A stretch of DNA of 64,000 nucleotides from Bdellovibrionales bacterium (GTDB taxonomy: Bacteria; Bdellovibrionota; Bdellovibrionia; Bdellovibrionales; UBA1609): NCBI GenBank assembly GCA_965219095.1, contig OZ244719.1, positions 610,142 through 674,141 of the forward strand, given 5' to 3'. Below, one piece after another: positions 49,511-60,577 of this stretch (the first letter of the stretch is position 1; every line of letters begins with the position of its first letter). Under the pieces are notes generated by a model. That model saw nothing but the letters and a program-made list of their open reading frames with translations, searched no databases and was not told the DNA's origin. A program made the translations under genes and the position numbers.

Positions 49511-50529
49511 AGAGAAAGAAAATTATCATTTGTGCAGGTTCTGGAGGTGTAGGAAAAACCACTATAGCGGCTTCTATAGCTTGCTTTTCGGCCTCGAAAG
49601 GCTATAGAACCTTTGTTTTGACTATAGACCCTTCTTACCGGTTAAAAACAGCCCTAGGTTTTGATGAAAATTCTCATAAAAAACAAATTCATCATATAAA
49701 AACAAAAGCCCCTCTTTTTGTGTCGGTTTTACAACCTCAAGCTGTTTTCGATCATTTTATAAAACGTCATTGCAAAACAGAAGAGTCATTTAGGAAACTT
49801 AAAAATAACATTATCTATAAAGAACTTAGCACTCGTTTAGGTTTTTATCAGGAATTTACTGCACTTTTAGAAGTTTATGAAGCCTTTCATTCTGAAGAGT
49901 TTGATAAAATCATTTTAGACACCCCTCCTGGGCCACAGTTTATGAATTTTTTAAAAGGCAGTGAAATTATGAGTCCTTTGTTTGAAAAAAGACTTATCAA
50001 ATGGCTTACTCAAGCCTCTTATCAGCAAAGTTTTTTTTCAAAACTTTTTTTCCAAGGGCCAATTCTTTTTATGAATCTTGTAAAAAGATTTGCAGGCCAT
50101 CCTTTTGTAGAAAGCTTGTATGAATTTATGACAGAGTTGAGTGAGATTAAAGAGCCTATTTTATCCTGCCTGTCTCATATAGAGACACTTCTTTTATCTT
50201 CTCATACAGCCTACGTAGGTGTTGTGGGAGAAGAAGGCCGGCTCTTTGATATCAAAAGAGCTTACGATGTTTTGATTTTGAACCGCCTAGCTCCTTTTGA
50301 GCTCGATCTTTCGTTAGATCGGGTGTGTGAACAGATTGAGGCCTTAAAGCCTCCTCTTTCTCAAAAGCTTAAAAGCTTTTTTCTTCAAAAAGCAAGATGT
50401 CTTTACCAAAAAAGAGATAAGTATGCTAAGATTTTCAAAGGAAAGGTATATTGGGTCTTTGATGAAGAGCAGGAAAAAAGACCAGAAGATTTTTTAAAAA
50501 AAATAATGCTTCAATGGGAGGAGCTATGA
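49495..50529 (+). CDS. ArsA/GET3-like ATPase (second of the pair)
   Basis: GSGGVGKTT, LTIDP, ILDTPP. Confidence 0.88.
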   Translation: MQNLLKRKKIIICAGSGGVGKTTIAASIACFSASKGYRTFVLTIDPSYRLKTALGFDENSHKKQIHHIKTKAPLFVSVLQPQAVFDHFIKRHCKTEESFRKLKNNIIYKELSTRLGFYQEFTALLEVYEAFHSEEFDKIILDTPPGPQFMNFLKGSEIMSPLFEKRLIKWLTQASYQQSFFSKLFFQGPILFMNLVKRFAGHPFVESLYEFMTELSEIKEPILSCLSHIETLLLSSHTAYVGVVGEEGRLFDIKRAYDVLILNRLAPFELDLSLDRVCEQIEALKPPLSQKLKSFFLQKARCLYQKRDKYAKIFKGKVYWVFDEEQEKRPEDFLKKIMLQWEEL

Positions 50530-51485
50530 AGTTTATATTTATTATGATTTTCTCTGTTTTTTTCCTATCTTGTTCTCATCAACCGAAAGTTTCAAAAGAA
50601 ACCGTTCAAGAAGCCCATAAGTCCTTTCAGATCCAATTGGATCAAGCACTAAACTTGATGAATGTAGATCAAGATAACGCTGCTTTACGCATTTTAAAAA
50701 ATTTATTTAAAAAAACAAAGATCTCTCAATTAAAATCCGTAGTTTTATACAACATAGGTCTTCTTTTGGAAAAGAAAAAAAAATGTTCTAGTGCAAAGAT
50801 AGTTTATAACAAAGCTATTTCTATGAATGAGCTTCAAGATAGTGTTATAGAAGCACAAGCTCTATGGAGGTTAAGTTTTGTAAAAGAGTGCTTAAAAGAT
50901 TACCACGGTATGTTAGCTGTTTTAAAGGATGTGCAGTCACGAACTCACCTTCTTCCTCCTGAAACAGCTTTTGTTGAATTAAATTCAAAGATGGCTTTAG
51001 CTTATAAAAAACTTGAAAAACCCAAACTCTACGAAGATTACTGGCTTAAAGCTAGGAAAGGACTTAGAGTTTTAAATGAAAGAATATCTAGTATAAATCA
51101 TAAAAAGGCATCTTTTTCCAGACTGTTTTATAACTTAGGTAATTTTGGTTCTGGAGTATTAGATGATAAAGCAAGCCTTTCATATCTAAAAAGACAAAGA
51201 GATTTACAAAAATACTTTCTTCGTTCTGTAGAGCTAACTCAGAAGCCTTGGTCTTACAGATCTGCCAAAAAAATTATAGAGGATTATAAGAACTTTGTTC
51301 ATCTCATGAAGAAAACAAACTCTAAGATCATAGCCAAAGAAATTTTAAAAAATATAAAATCCTTGAAATCTCAAAGATTTCCTGACCCCAAGGAAAGCCC
51401 TCTTGTAAAAAAACTGTTCAAAATAATAGATGTTCAATACAAAAAAGTGAAAAACTATATTCATGATTCTGAAAAGAATTCATAA
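50526..51485 (+). CDS. TPR-like lipoprotein
   Basis: Lipobox FLSC, LYNIG.L helical repeats. Confidence 0.7.
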   Translation: MKFIFIMIFSVFFLSCSHQPKVSKETVQEAHKSFQIQLDQALNLMNVDQDNAALRILKNLFKKTKISQLKSVVLYNIGLLLEKKKKCSSAKIVYNKAISMNELQDSVIEAQALWRLSFVKECLKDYHGMLAVLKDVQSRTHLLPPETAFVELNSKMALAYKKLEKPKLYEDYWLKARKGLRVLNERISSINHKKASFSRLFYNLGNFGSGVLDDKASLSYLKRQRDLQKYFLRSVELTQKPWSYRSAKKIIEDYKNFVHLMKKTNSKIIAKEILKNIKSLKSQRFPDPKESPLVKKLFKIIDVQYKKVKNYIHDSEKNS

Positions 51486-52659
51486 TCGCTTAATAGAAAA
51501 AAGAGATAGGATTGAATCTTGGTTTTTTGATAAAACACAAGACTTTCAGTTTCCTATTTATTCAAGTTTTGATATGAGAAATTCATCTTTTAAAATTGCA
51601 CCTGTGGATGCTAATTTGTTTCCAGCGGGGTTTAACAATATTTGTGAAAAAGATAAGGAGTTTTCTCAGAAAGCAATCCAAGAGTATTTAAAAGAAAGAT
51701 ACCCCGAAGTAGATAGAATCACCTTGATTTCAGAAAACCATACAAAAAACATTTATTATTGGGATAATGTTCAAACACTTGAAGCTATTTTCTCTTCGGC
51801 AATTAAAAAAGTATCTTTAGCCTTTTTAAAACGAGGTTCTATGCCGGAAGTTTTAGAAGTGGAAAACTCTAGAGGAGAAGTGTTTAAAGTGGAATCTTTT
51901 TCAAGAGATAGGTTAGGAAAAAATCATCATCTTATAATAAGCAACAATGATTTTTCAACACCTTATCCTGATTTAAAAAACATTAACATGGAGCCGTCCT
52001 ACCAGATGGGCTGGCATAGAAGAAAAAAAAATGTGTTTTTTTCTTTTTATAATAAATTTATAAGAGAATTTTCAAGTCTTTTAGATCTTCCAAAAGATCT
52101 CTTAACCATATCTTGCGAGGTATTTGAGCCCTTTAATGTCAGTGATCGGAATCATTTAAAAGAACTTGCCTCAAAAGTGGATGAATTCATTAATGCAAGA
52201 AAGAAAGAATACAAAGATTTGAACTTCAAGGATTCGCCCTTTGTTTTTATAAAAAATATATCTGGAACTTATGGTTTAGGTGTGACTCCTGTGAGTTCTG
52301 GACATGAAGTTCTAACATGGAACAATCGTGTAAGGACAAAACTCAAAGCAAGTAAAGAAAAGGCAAAAGTCACTGGAATTTTGATTCAAGAAGCCATCCC
52401 TAGTATAGACTCCATAGGAGGCTCTACAGCAGAGCCGGTTATCTATAGTGTAGGCTCAGAACCTGTAGGAGGATTCTTAAGGGCTCATTCTCTTAAAAGC
52501 GATAAAGAAAATCTCAACAGTCCTGGAGCTGTTTACAAGCGTTTATGCTTGAGTGATTTAAAGATCAACCCTGAAGGAGCGATTGTTGAGAACGTTTATG
52601 GATGGTTGGCTAAAGTAGGTCTTATGAGTTTATCAGAAGAAATAAAGTGCCTTTCTTAA
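51463..52659 (+). CDS. gshA: Glutamate--cysteine ligase (GshA, ATP-grasp type)
   Basis: PIYSSFDMRNS.FKIAPVDANLFPAGFNN, ENHTKN, GTYGLG, ENLNSPG. Confidence 0.88.
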   Translation: MILKRIHNRLIEKRDRIESWFFDKTQDFQFPIYSSFDMRNSSFKIAPVDANLFPAGFNNICEKDKEFSQKAIQEYLKERYPEVDRITLISENHTKNIYYWDNVQTLEAIFSSAIKKVSLAFLKRGSMPEVLEVENSRGEVFKVESFSRDRLGKNHHLIISNNDFSTPYPDLKNINMEPSYQMGWHRRKKNVFFSFYNKFIREFSSLLDLPKDLLTISCEVFEPFNVSDRNHLKELASKVDEFINARKKEYKDLNFKDSPFVFIKNISGTYGLGVTPVSSGHEVLTWNNRVRTKLKASKEKAKVTGILIQEAIPSIDSIGGSTAEPVIYSVGSEPVGGFLRAHSLKSDKENLNSPGAVYKRLCLSDLKINPEGAIVENVYGWLAKVGLMSLSEEIKCLS

Positions 52660-52866
52660 ATTTAGAAGAACTTCAAAGAGGTTTTTCTCAGCTTGTCATT
52701 ACCTCTCGGTTATACTAGCAAGTTGATTCTGGGCTTCACTAAAAATTTAATTGTGAGATTGTGTGTGTTGGTTTTTTTCTCAAGATGGGTTTAGATATAA
52801 AATTTGTAGCCATTAAGGTTTAGCTCTATCTTGCATTTTTCTTTAAGAGGTGATACTGTTATTTTC

Positions 52867-53727
52867 ATGATAAAGGTTTCAACGGAAAGTTATTTTACAA
52901 GCTTTGATAAAACTAAGTTGTTCTATGAAATTTTCGATAAAGTTAAAAACCCTAAGGGGGTTTTTTTAACACTCCATGGTTTAGGAGGTTATTCTGGTGT
53001 TTTTAGGGAGTTCTCTGAGAGCCTCAATGAAAATGGTTTTCAGACTATTCTTTTGAACTTAAGAGGACATGGGCTTTCTGATGGCCAAAGGGGCTTTGTA
53101 GGACAGTTCTCCCACTTCGAAAAAGATCTCTACCTTTTTATAAGGCACGTAAGAGAATCCTTGAAAATCAAAAAACCTTTGTTTCTTTTAGGACAGTCTA
53201 TAGGAGGGCTTATTTGTTTTGATACTGTTATTGGCTACGGAGTACAAAATTTATCCGGCATGGTACTTACCTGTCCTGCTATAGGTGATTTTAAAAAAGA
53301 AATTCCTAAATTTAAAGAACGTATTGCTGAATGGACAGCCAAGTACTTTCCTCGCATTACAATGTTCAACGAAATTCGCTACGAAGACTTGACTCGTAAT
53401 AAAAAAGCTATTGAGGCCTTTAAAAAAGACGTGTTCTTTCATAGAAGAATTAGTTCTCGTTTGTTTTTACAGATGCGGGATAAGATGCATCAATCTTATG
53501 AACTAGCCTCAGAGATTAAAATTCCTGTTCTGTTTGTGTCTTCCCAACAAGACCCTATTTTCAAGCACAGAGAGCATAAGAAAATTTTTGAAAAACTAGG
53601 GTCTTCTCAAAAAGATAAAAAATTTCTTGTTTATAAAAACTTAAAGCATGATTTATTTTTTGAAAAAGAAGGTGGTGGTCTTTATAATGAAGTTATCAAA
53701 TGGGCACAAGAAAGGTTGAAAATATGA
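52867..53727 (+). CDS. Lysophospholipase-like alpha/beta hydrolase
   Basis: HGLG, LRGHGLSDGQRG, GQSIGG, KHDL. Confidence 0.9.
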   Translation: MIKVSTESYFTSFDKTKLFYEIFDKVKNPKGVFLTLHGLGGYSGVFREFSESLNENGFQTILLNLRGHGLSDGQRGFVGQFSHFEKDLYLFIRHVRESLKIKKPLFLLGQSIGGLICFDTVIGYGVQNLSGMVLTCPAIGDFKKEIPKFKERIAEWTAKYFPRITMFNEIRYEDLTRNKKAIEAFKKDVFFHRRISSRLFLQMRDKMHQSYELASEIKIPVLFVSSQQDPIFKHREHKKIFEKLGSSQKDKKFLVYKNLKHDLFFEKEGGGLYNEVIKWAQERLKI

Positions 53728-54320
53728 AGTTTATTGTTATTTTAGGAGTTATTTTAGGAGGAATAAGCTGTTCTCATCATAAGTTTCATTTAATAGAAAA
53801 TAGAAAAATCAATAATAAAGAATATAGTAAGATTATAGCCTCTTATACTCGAAAAGATCGAAAGTACGAATTGCCTGATGAAATTTACACTTTTAGGGCT
53901 GTTTTTTTGAGTACTGTTGTAAGAAAGGCACAATTGGAGAAACAAAGGTTTTATTTTCAATGGGCTAATGATAAGTACAATGAAGAGCTTAAAAAACAAA
54001 CTAGGAGGGTTAAAAAAAGGTCTGAATTTTTAGTGAGTCTCTACACTCCTAACAGAAATGATTCAAACCTTCAAAATCAAGTTTCACTTTGGAATTTTTT
54101 TCTCCTTTATAAGTCAAAAAGATATAAATTTAAGATTAAAAGATACACTCGAAATTATAACGAAGCACGTTTCTTGTATCCTAATATGGATCGGTGGAGC
54201 AGAAAGTACATAGTGCGTGTAGATATTTCTACTGAAGAGCTAGAAAAGGAGGGGTTTTCTCTTATTTTGTCAGGAAGAGAGGGACAAAGTATACTTGAAT
54301 TTAGAGGGAGGGGTAAATAA
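53724..54320 (+). CDS. Hypothetical lipoprotein
   Basis: Lipobox GISC after a hydrophobic stretch. Confidence 0.7.
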   Translation: MKFIVILGVILGGISCSHHKFHLIENRKINNKEYSKIIASYTRKDRKYELPDEIYTFRAVFLSTVVRKAQLEKQRFYFQWANDKYNEELKKQTRRVKKRSEFLVSLYTPNRNDSNLQNQVSLWNFFLLYKSKRYKFKIKRYTRNYNEARFLYPNMDRWSRKYIVRVDISTEELEKEGFSLILSGREGQSILEFRGRGK

Positions 54321-54704
54321 ATCTTTTGAGGTCATAAGGGTTTTAATTTGACAGAATTAGAGTTTTTAGGATGAAAGTCTAGAATGAGCCTGTAAATTAA
54401 ATTGTGTAACTGAAGGTAATACACTGCAATAGGAATGGTGTCACCTCAAGTGGAAACGACTTAATCACAGTCCTTATCAACCCATCATGAAAGAATGAAG
54501 TTGCAGTCTGACTTGCTGCATCTAAATGTTGTAATAACTAGACAAAGTCAAGTTTTTTCGCAAAAAAGAGAAGGACAAATAAAGAATTAAGGATAAAAAT
54601 AAACCTAAACTTTTCTATAGAGCGAGGAAGAAATAGGTTGATAAAAAAGTATAACGAAAACTTAAGTTTTAAGTTATAGAACTTAAAGAAAAGAAAGGAC
54701 AGAT

Positions 54705-56090
54705 CTGAAACTATTTCATCATTTTATTTTTTTTAGTTTCTTGTGTTGTATCACAACATCTTGCCAAAGCGTAAACCTCAATTCTCATGGATACATTCGT
54801 GACCCTATACGTCGATCCTCTTTAGATCACCTTGAAAGTGAAAGATACAATTATGTTTCTATTGTACAGGGTTATACTAACGAAGAAAAAACCCATATCT
54901 CTATAGTCACAGGCCAAAAAAATCGTTATTTTGTTTATGAAAAAGGAAATTCTCGTACAAGAAGAGAAGTCAAGCCTTTTAAGACAGTGACCTTTCGTAA
55001 TTGGAGGATTCTAAAACTTAAAATCTCAGGATTGTCGTTAAAAAAAAGTTACATTTTAGAGGTTATTGATGAAAATCTTCAGGTTATAGACGAAAGGGTT
55101 TTTAAAGCCCTTGATCTTTCTAAGGCTAACCCTACTATTGTTGTAGGCTCTTGTATTCATGATGGAAAGCAAGTCTTTCAACAAAAAACTCTTTGGTCGA
55201 ATATTATTTATCATAAACCTGATGTTATTTTTCTTATAGGAGACAATGTATATGTAGATTCCAGTTATCGACTCAAACGTATTGCTAAAGAGGCTGTAAA
55301 TCCTCAACGGATGTTTAAACGTTATATAGAAACAAGACTGCATGTTCCTTTTTACTATAGTCGTACGTTATTTCCTACTTTAGCAGTTTGGGATGATCAT
55401 GATTTTGGAATTAACGATGGTGATAGTTCTTTTCGGTACGCAAAAGAAAGCAAGAGGGTTTTTGAACTTTTTTGGGCACAAAAGCCTTTAGAAAAAGGGC
55501 CTGGGGTTTCCTCTTTGTTTTCAGCTTTTGGACAAAATTTTCTCTTTTTAGATAACCGCTCTTTCAGGAGTTCTCCTGAAAATCAAATTCAATCCCATTT
55601 TGGTGAACTCCAAGAAAAATGGCTTACGAGACAATTACAAAAGCATAAAAAACCATCATGGCTTATTTCTGGAGGACAATTTTTTGGAGGCGTTTATCCG
55701 TGGGAAAGCTATGAGAGAAACCATCCTCAAGCGTTTGTAAAGTTCAAAAACAGGTTAAAGAGATTCTCTCAACCTCTTTTGTTTCTTTCCGGAGATAGAC
55801 ATTTTAGTGAAATCATGAGAGTTTTTAAAACAGACATAGCTCAAGAGACTTTTGAAATTACAACAAGCCCCCTACACAGCTTCCTTTATCCTAACCATTG
55901 GAAGACCTACCCTAACCCAAGACAAATAGTAGGAAAAGCCTCTATGATTAATTATACTGTTTTAAAACCTCGTGTGGAATTTATTAGAAAAGAAGATTTA
56001 GGAGGTAATATAAAAGTACAAGTTACAGTTTATGGTGTTGGTAAAAAGATTTTATTTCAAGAAAACTTGACAATTTTAGGTAAAATTTAA
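54705..56090 (+). CDS. PhoD-like alkaline phosphatase lipoprotein; putative CTG start
   Basis: GSC, GDNVY.D, WDDHD, LDNRSFR, SGDRH; signal peptide lies upstream of TTG 54741. Confidence 0.88.
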   Translation: MKLFHHFIFFSFLCCITTSCQSVNLNSHGYIRDPIRRSSLDHLESERYNYVSIVQGYTNEEKTHISIVTGQKNRYFVYEKGNSRTRREVKPFKTVTFRNWRILKLKISGLSLKKSYILEVIDENLQVIDERVFKALDLSKANPTIVVGSCIHDGKQVFQQKTLWSNIIYHKPDVIFLIGDNVYVDSSYRLKRIAKEAVNPQRMFKRYIETRLHVPFYYSRTLFPTLAVWDDHDFGINDGDSSFRYAKESKRVFELFWAQKPLEKGPGVSSLFSAFGQNFLFLDNRSFRSSPENQIQSHFGELQEKWLTRQLQKHKKPSWLISGGQFFGGVYPWESYERNHPQAFVKFKNRLKRFSQPLLFLSGDRHFSEIMRVFKTDIAQETFEITTSPLHSFLYPNHWKTYPNPRQIVGKASMINYTVLKPRVEFIRKEDLGGNIKVQVTVYGVGKKILFQENLTILGKI

Positions 56091-56091
56091 A

Positions 56092-56481
56092 ATGAGTGGC
56101 ATTTTTCAAAAAATTATTGATGGCAAACTTCCTTCTTATAAGATCTTTGAAGATGAGTGGACTTATTCTTTTTTAAGCAATCGTCCTATAAAAAAAGGGC
56201 ATACTCTTGTGATTCCCAAAATAGAGATGGATTATTTTCCTGATGTTCCTGAGCCTTATTACTCTAAAGTTTTTGAAAATGCTAAAATCATAGCGAAAGC
56301 TTTAAAAAAAGCCACACAGTGTAAAAGAGTATCGACAGCCATTTTAGGTTATGAGATTCCACACTTTCATTATCATCTCGTTCCTACATGGAGTCTTTTT
56401 GACTTAGATTTTACAAAAGCTAAAGGGGATACAGAAGCCTCTTTTCTAGAGGTTCAAAAGAAAATAAAATCTTTTTTATAG
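56092..56481 (+). CDS. HIT-family protein
   Basis: IFQKII.G, GHTLVIPK, HFHYH. Confidence 0.93.
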   Translation: MSGIFQKIIDGKLPSYKIFEDEWTYSFLSNRPIKKGHTLVIPKIEMDYFPDVPEPYYSKVFENAKIIAKALKKATQCKRVSTAILGYEIPHFHYHLVPTWSLFDLDFTKAKGDTEASFLEVQKKIKSFL

Positions 56482-56528
56482 TGTCTTTGGTTATAAATTT
56501 TAAGGTATCTATTTTTTTGTTATTCTAC

Positions 56529-56700
56529 GGCTTTGTTGCAGGCTAAGCCTCTAAGCTTAACTAAGGTCTAGCAATTCATTGATAAACACAAGATGCTTTC
56601 CTGTAACCTAAGACCCTTAGAAATAAAAAACAAGTATGGTTTGGAGGTTTTATGGGAAAATGTCTCAAAAAGATCGATTGGAGAAAATATAAAAAGAGAT
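56529..56700 (+). mobile_element. Solo left end of the IS903-like IS5 element
   Basis: Homologous to 37679-37760 joined to 39207-39290. Confidence 0.7.
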
Positions 56701-56991
56701 CATTAAGCAACTTGGAGTGGTTTAAATTTATTTTTAGATAATGAGAAAATTCCTATGACAAACAATGAGGCAGAAAGAACGATTCGACATTCTGTGATGG
56801 GAAGAAAGAACTTTCATGGGTCAAGGACTCAGAGAGGGTCTGAAACAGCAATAACGCTTTACATTATTGTGGAAAGTTGTAAGAAGGTGGAATTGGATCC
56901 TAAGGACTATGTTTTAATGACTGTGGAAAACTCCCTCGATAAAATACCTGTTAAAACGCCTCTTGAGTATACAAGAGAGTTTCGTTCTTAA
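56700..56991 (+). pseudogene. IS66 TnpC C-terminal fragment
   Basis: TNNEAERTIRHSVMGRKNF.GS. Confidence 0.8.
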
Positions 56992-57397
56992 AAGAATAAA
57001 ACACAAAGAAAATCAAAATACAAAAAAAAACGTAACTGCTCACCCCTTTAAGTTTTTATTTAAAGCCATAGAGATGGCTTCTAAAGAAGAATACCCTCTA
57101 TTTCTCATTGTTTTAACATAGCTGGTAATGCGACAAAAATATTTCGCCATTTCTTCTGTTCTGAAACACCCTGACACTTTCTTTTTCACCTTAGTCATTC
57201 TTAGATTTCTTTCAGCTCTGTTATTAGTAGGATCTACGTTCTTTCTTTTAGCAAAACACAGTATTTCTGCTTCATACTTTTTAAATCGCAGCCAAAGGTT
57301 TTGAGCTTGTGTATGCTTTATTCGTCCTTTCTTGCCATTTTTCTTAGGAAATTCTGGAAGCTCTTTTAAGCCTTTTGTAAGAATACTCCTATACCTT

Positions 57398-60300
57398 CCT
57401 GAAATCTGTTAATTTTGGTACTAGGTTTCAGGACTAAGAGCCTGTTTTTTTCAACAGAATACTCATGATAAATCATAAGAACGAGTTAATTTAGTCTCAT
57501 TGAGTTTTTCTGGAGAACTTATAACACACTGTTTTTATAGGTTTTTTTAAAGCTATGTTTTTCATAGGCTCTATTTTTGGATTGAAATTTGATTCTGTCG
57601 TTAAGAGTTTTGAGCCATCAATAGGGAGTTGACAAAGCCCCTAAAACATAGTTCAAATTGAACTATGTCTTATAGGTATGAAGAGAAAAGAAATGGAAGC
57701 ATCTATGTATATGAGATAAGCAGCTACTGGGACAAAGAAAAAAAACAATCTCGTCAGAGAAGAGTTTATTTGGGCAAGAAGAATCAATCTACGGGGAGGC
57801 TTGAAGCCAAGTTGAACAAACATCCTATAGGTTCTGTAGGTGTTGGGGGGGGGTGCATCTTTTGCGAGAGATCAGCAAGCAATTAAATTTAGTGAAGGTG
57901 TTAAAGAAAGTTTTTCCGAAAGAATATGAGAAGGTTCTTTATTTGTCTTTTTTTAAAGTAATTAGGGGGGAAGCTTATTATCTTTATCCGTATTGGTGTC
58001 AAGAATCTTTTGTTTCTTCCAAGAATTGTCTTAATTCACCGGACATAAGTAATTTTCTTTTATCTATAGGTTTAGACGAGCAGAGAGTGGAGAGATTTTT
58101 TATGGAGTGGATTGGTGTACACAGAGAAAGCTCCAGAGTTTTTATGTTTGATATTACATCTATATCTTCTTATGGTGTTGAGAATGAGTTTTTAGAAAGG
58201 GGTTATAATCGAGATGGTGAGTCTTTGGATCATGATCTTCCCCCAAAAAAGTGGACAGTTTTTATGTTCTTAAAGCCCTCCTTTGTTTAAATTCTTTTGG
58301 GCTCATGTATTTCAAGGAAGAATGCATTCTTACCTTGTTATACCAATCCATGTAAATTGCAATTTTTTTCTCCAACTCTTCCTTCGTTGTACAGTCTTTG
58401 TATTCCAGTTCATCCTTCAACGTATGGAAAAAGCTCTCCACAAACGCATTATCATAACAATTTCCTTTCCTAGACATAGATTGCTTGAGGCCAAAGAATT
58501 TCAATTCTTTTCTAAACCCTTCACAACAATATTGAACCCCTTGATCCGAGTGGATTATCAAGCCCTCTAAGTTCCCAGAAACAGATTGGACTGCGGCTCT
58601 CAGAGCCTGTTTTGAATGAACCCCGTCCAAGCTCTCACAGAGCTTCCAAGACTTAATCTCTCGATTATAGACATCTAAAAATACAACCAAATACAGAAAT
58701 TTATCTCTAAAAGGAATATAGGTTAAATCCGAACACCATACCTGGTTTTCTTTTCCTGCTTGGCTCTGTCCTGTCTTAAACAACCGAGGAGACTTAATCA
58801 TGAGAGGGTTATTCTTTGTTGTTCTAGGAACATAGGGTTTTTTCTGACGGGCACTGAGATTCTTTAGTTTCATAATTCGAGCTACTTTGTTTTCTCCAGC
58901 ACTCACTCCGCAACGCTTTAATTCCCTATACACCCTGGGGGAACCATAACAGCCTTTATTTTTTTTAAAAATAGATTCTATGTTTTTCTCCAGATTTTTA
59001 TCCTTTTCAAGCTTTCCCCTGGTTTTTAAAAAACTATAAAAACCAGAACGAGATCCTCTTAATAATTCGCAGATGCGAAGCACTGGATGCCCTTTCTCTT
59101 TTACATAAAACATAGCCTTAAATCTCATTTCAGGATTTCCTTTGAAAAAAAAGCCGCTGCCTCTTTCAATATACCTACACTCCGCCTCTCATAGACCAGC
59201 TCCTTTTTTAACCTCTTTATTTCCTCCAATGCCGAAGCCAAGTCATGGGAAGCTTGTCTTTCTACTTCAGGCTTTAGAAAACGCTTCCAAGAGCTTATCA
59301 CTTGGAAATTTCTCAGTCCTAGCTTCTCTGAGGCTTCCTTTGCACCTATTTCCTCTGCCAATTCAATGGCTTGCTTTTTAAACTCTTCCGAGTACTGTTT
59401 TACTTTTTCCATTCTTTCTTTTACCTCCATTTTATGGAGACTTTAAGAGAAAATTGACTGTCCGCAAAAACAGGGGAAGTTCATCAAGTCAATTTAGGAG
59501 TTTTAAGTCAGAGCAAGGAAGGTTTAGGCAAAGGAAGTTCAAGCCTTCCTTTGGGTTATCGATTGTATCCGGGCAGTATTACTGATGTTGTGTCATTAAG
59601 GAGCGTGTTACAGTTAGCCAAGGAATACGATTTAGATTTGAAGTGTTTTGTTTTAGATAAAGGGTTTTACAGCCAAGAAAACATAAAAGATTTAAACAGG
59701 GAGGCTTCATCGTACATCGTCCCTATGAGCTTTAGTACGAGTCTATCCCATGCTTTATTGGGATCTGTGAGTAAGGAGCTTGATTCAATTCCCTCTTCGT
59801 TTGTATTCCGTGGTCAAGTTTATTCTTACTGCAGACGAGAAATTAAAATTGGAAAGACTCGTTGTATGGCTCATATATATTTGGATGAAAAGAGAAGGGT
59901 GTCTAAAAAAAATGAAATGCTATTGAAGTTGGATTATTTTGAGCGAAGATTTTCTAAGAAGAAGTTTAGGACAAAGAAAGAGTGCGATGAGTGCATAGCA
60001 GAAACCTTAAAGAGTGCCAAGAAGCGCTTTACAGTTGTCAAGAAAAAGGGAGGTTTTTTTATTTTGAGAGATTTGGATTATATTAAAAAGCAGATGCGAA
60101 AAATGGGTGTGTTGATTTTACTTACCGATTGCGATCAAAAGCTTTCAAAAGATGAGATCTTAGAGTTGTATAGAAACAAAGATAGCATTGAAAAGATTTT
60201 TTTGTCTTTCAAGCATGATATAAATGAAAAGCGAACGAGGACTCATTCGCTACAAACCATGAGAGGAAGTTTATTTATTAACTTTATAGCTTTAATTTTA

Positions 60301-60577
60301 ATCTCTCACATAAATAATGTGATGAAAGAAAAGAATCTGTACAAGAAATTTTCAAAAACAGAGGTCTATAAAATTTTAGATAAATTAAAGTTCTATAAAT
60401 TGGCCACAGGACAAACAAGATTAGGAGAGTTGTCCGGTAAGCAAAAGAGCCTTTATAAAGCTTTTAATGTGACTCGGGAAATCCCACACAGCTTTAAGTT
60501 GTAAAATCCCCTCCGACTAATGCGACGCATTACGAGGGCCGAATAAAAACCTAGTACCAAAATTAACAGAATTCAGG
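57398..60577 (+). mobile_element. Element carrying an IS1634-family transposase (57665-60504; frameshift at a G9 run; interrupted by IS3)
   Basis: 31-bp TIRs cctgaa(a/t)tctgttaattttggtactaggttt; 7-bp TSD atacctt; FDITSISSY, GYNRDGESLD-QVNLG, DKGFYS, YRNKDSIEKIF. Confidence 0.88.
58233..59483 (-). mobile_element. Complete IS3-family element (orfA 59125-59430, orfB 58262-59128)
   Basis: TG...CA ends with imperfect IRs; 3-bp TSD tca; WCSDLTY, HSDQGVQY, CYDNAFVESFF. Confidence 0.96.
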
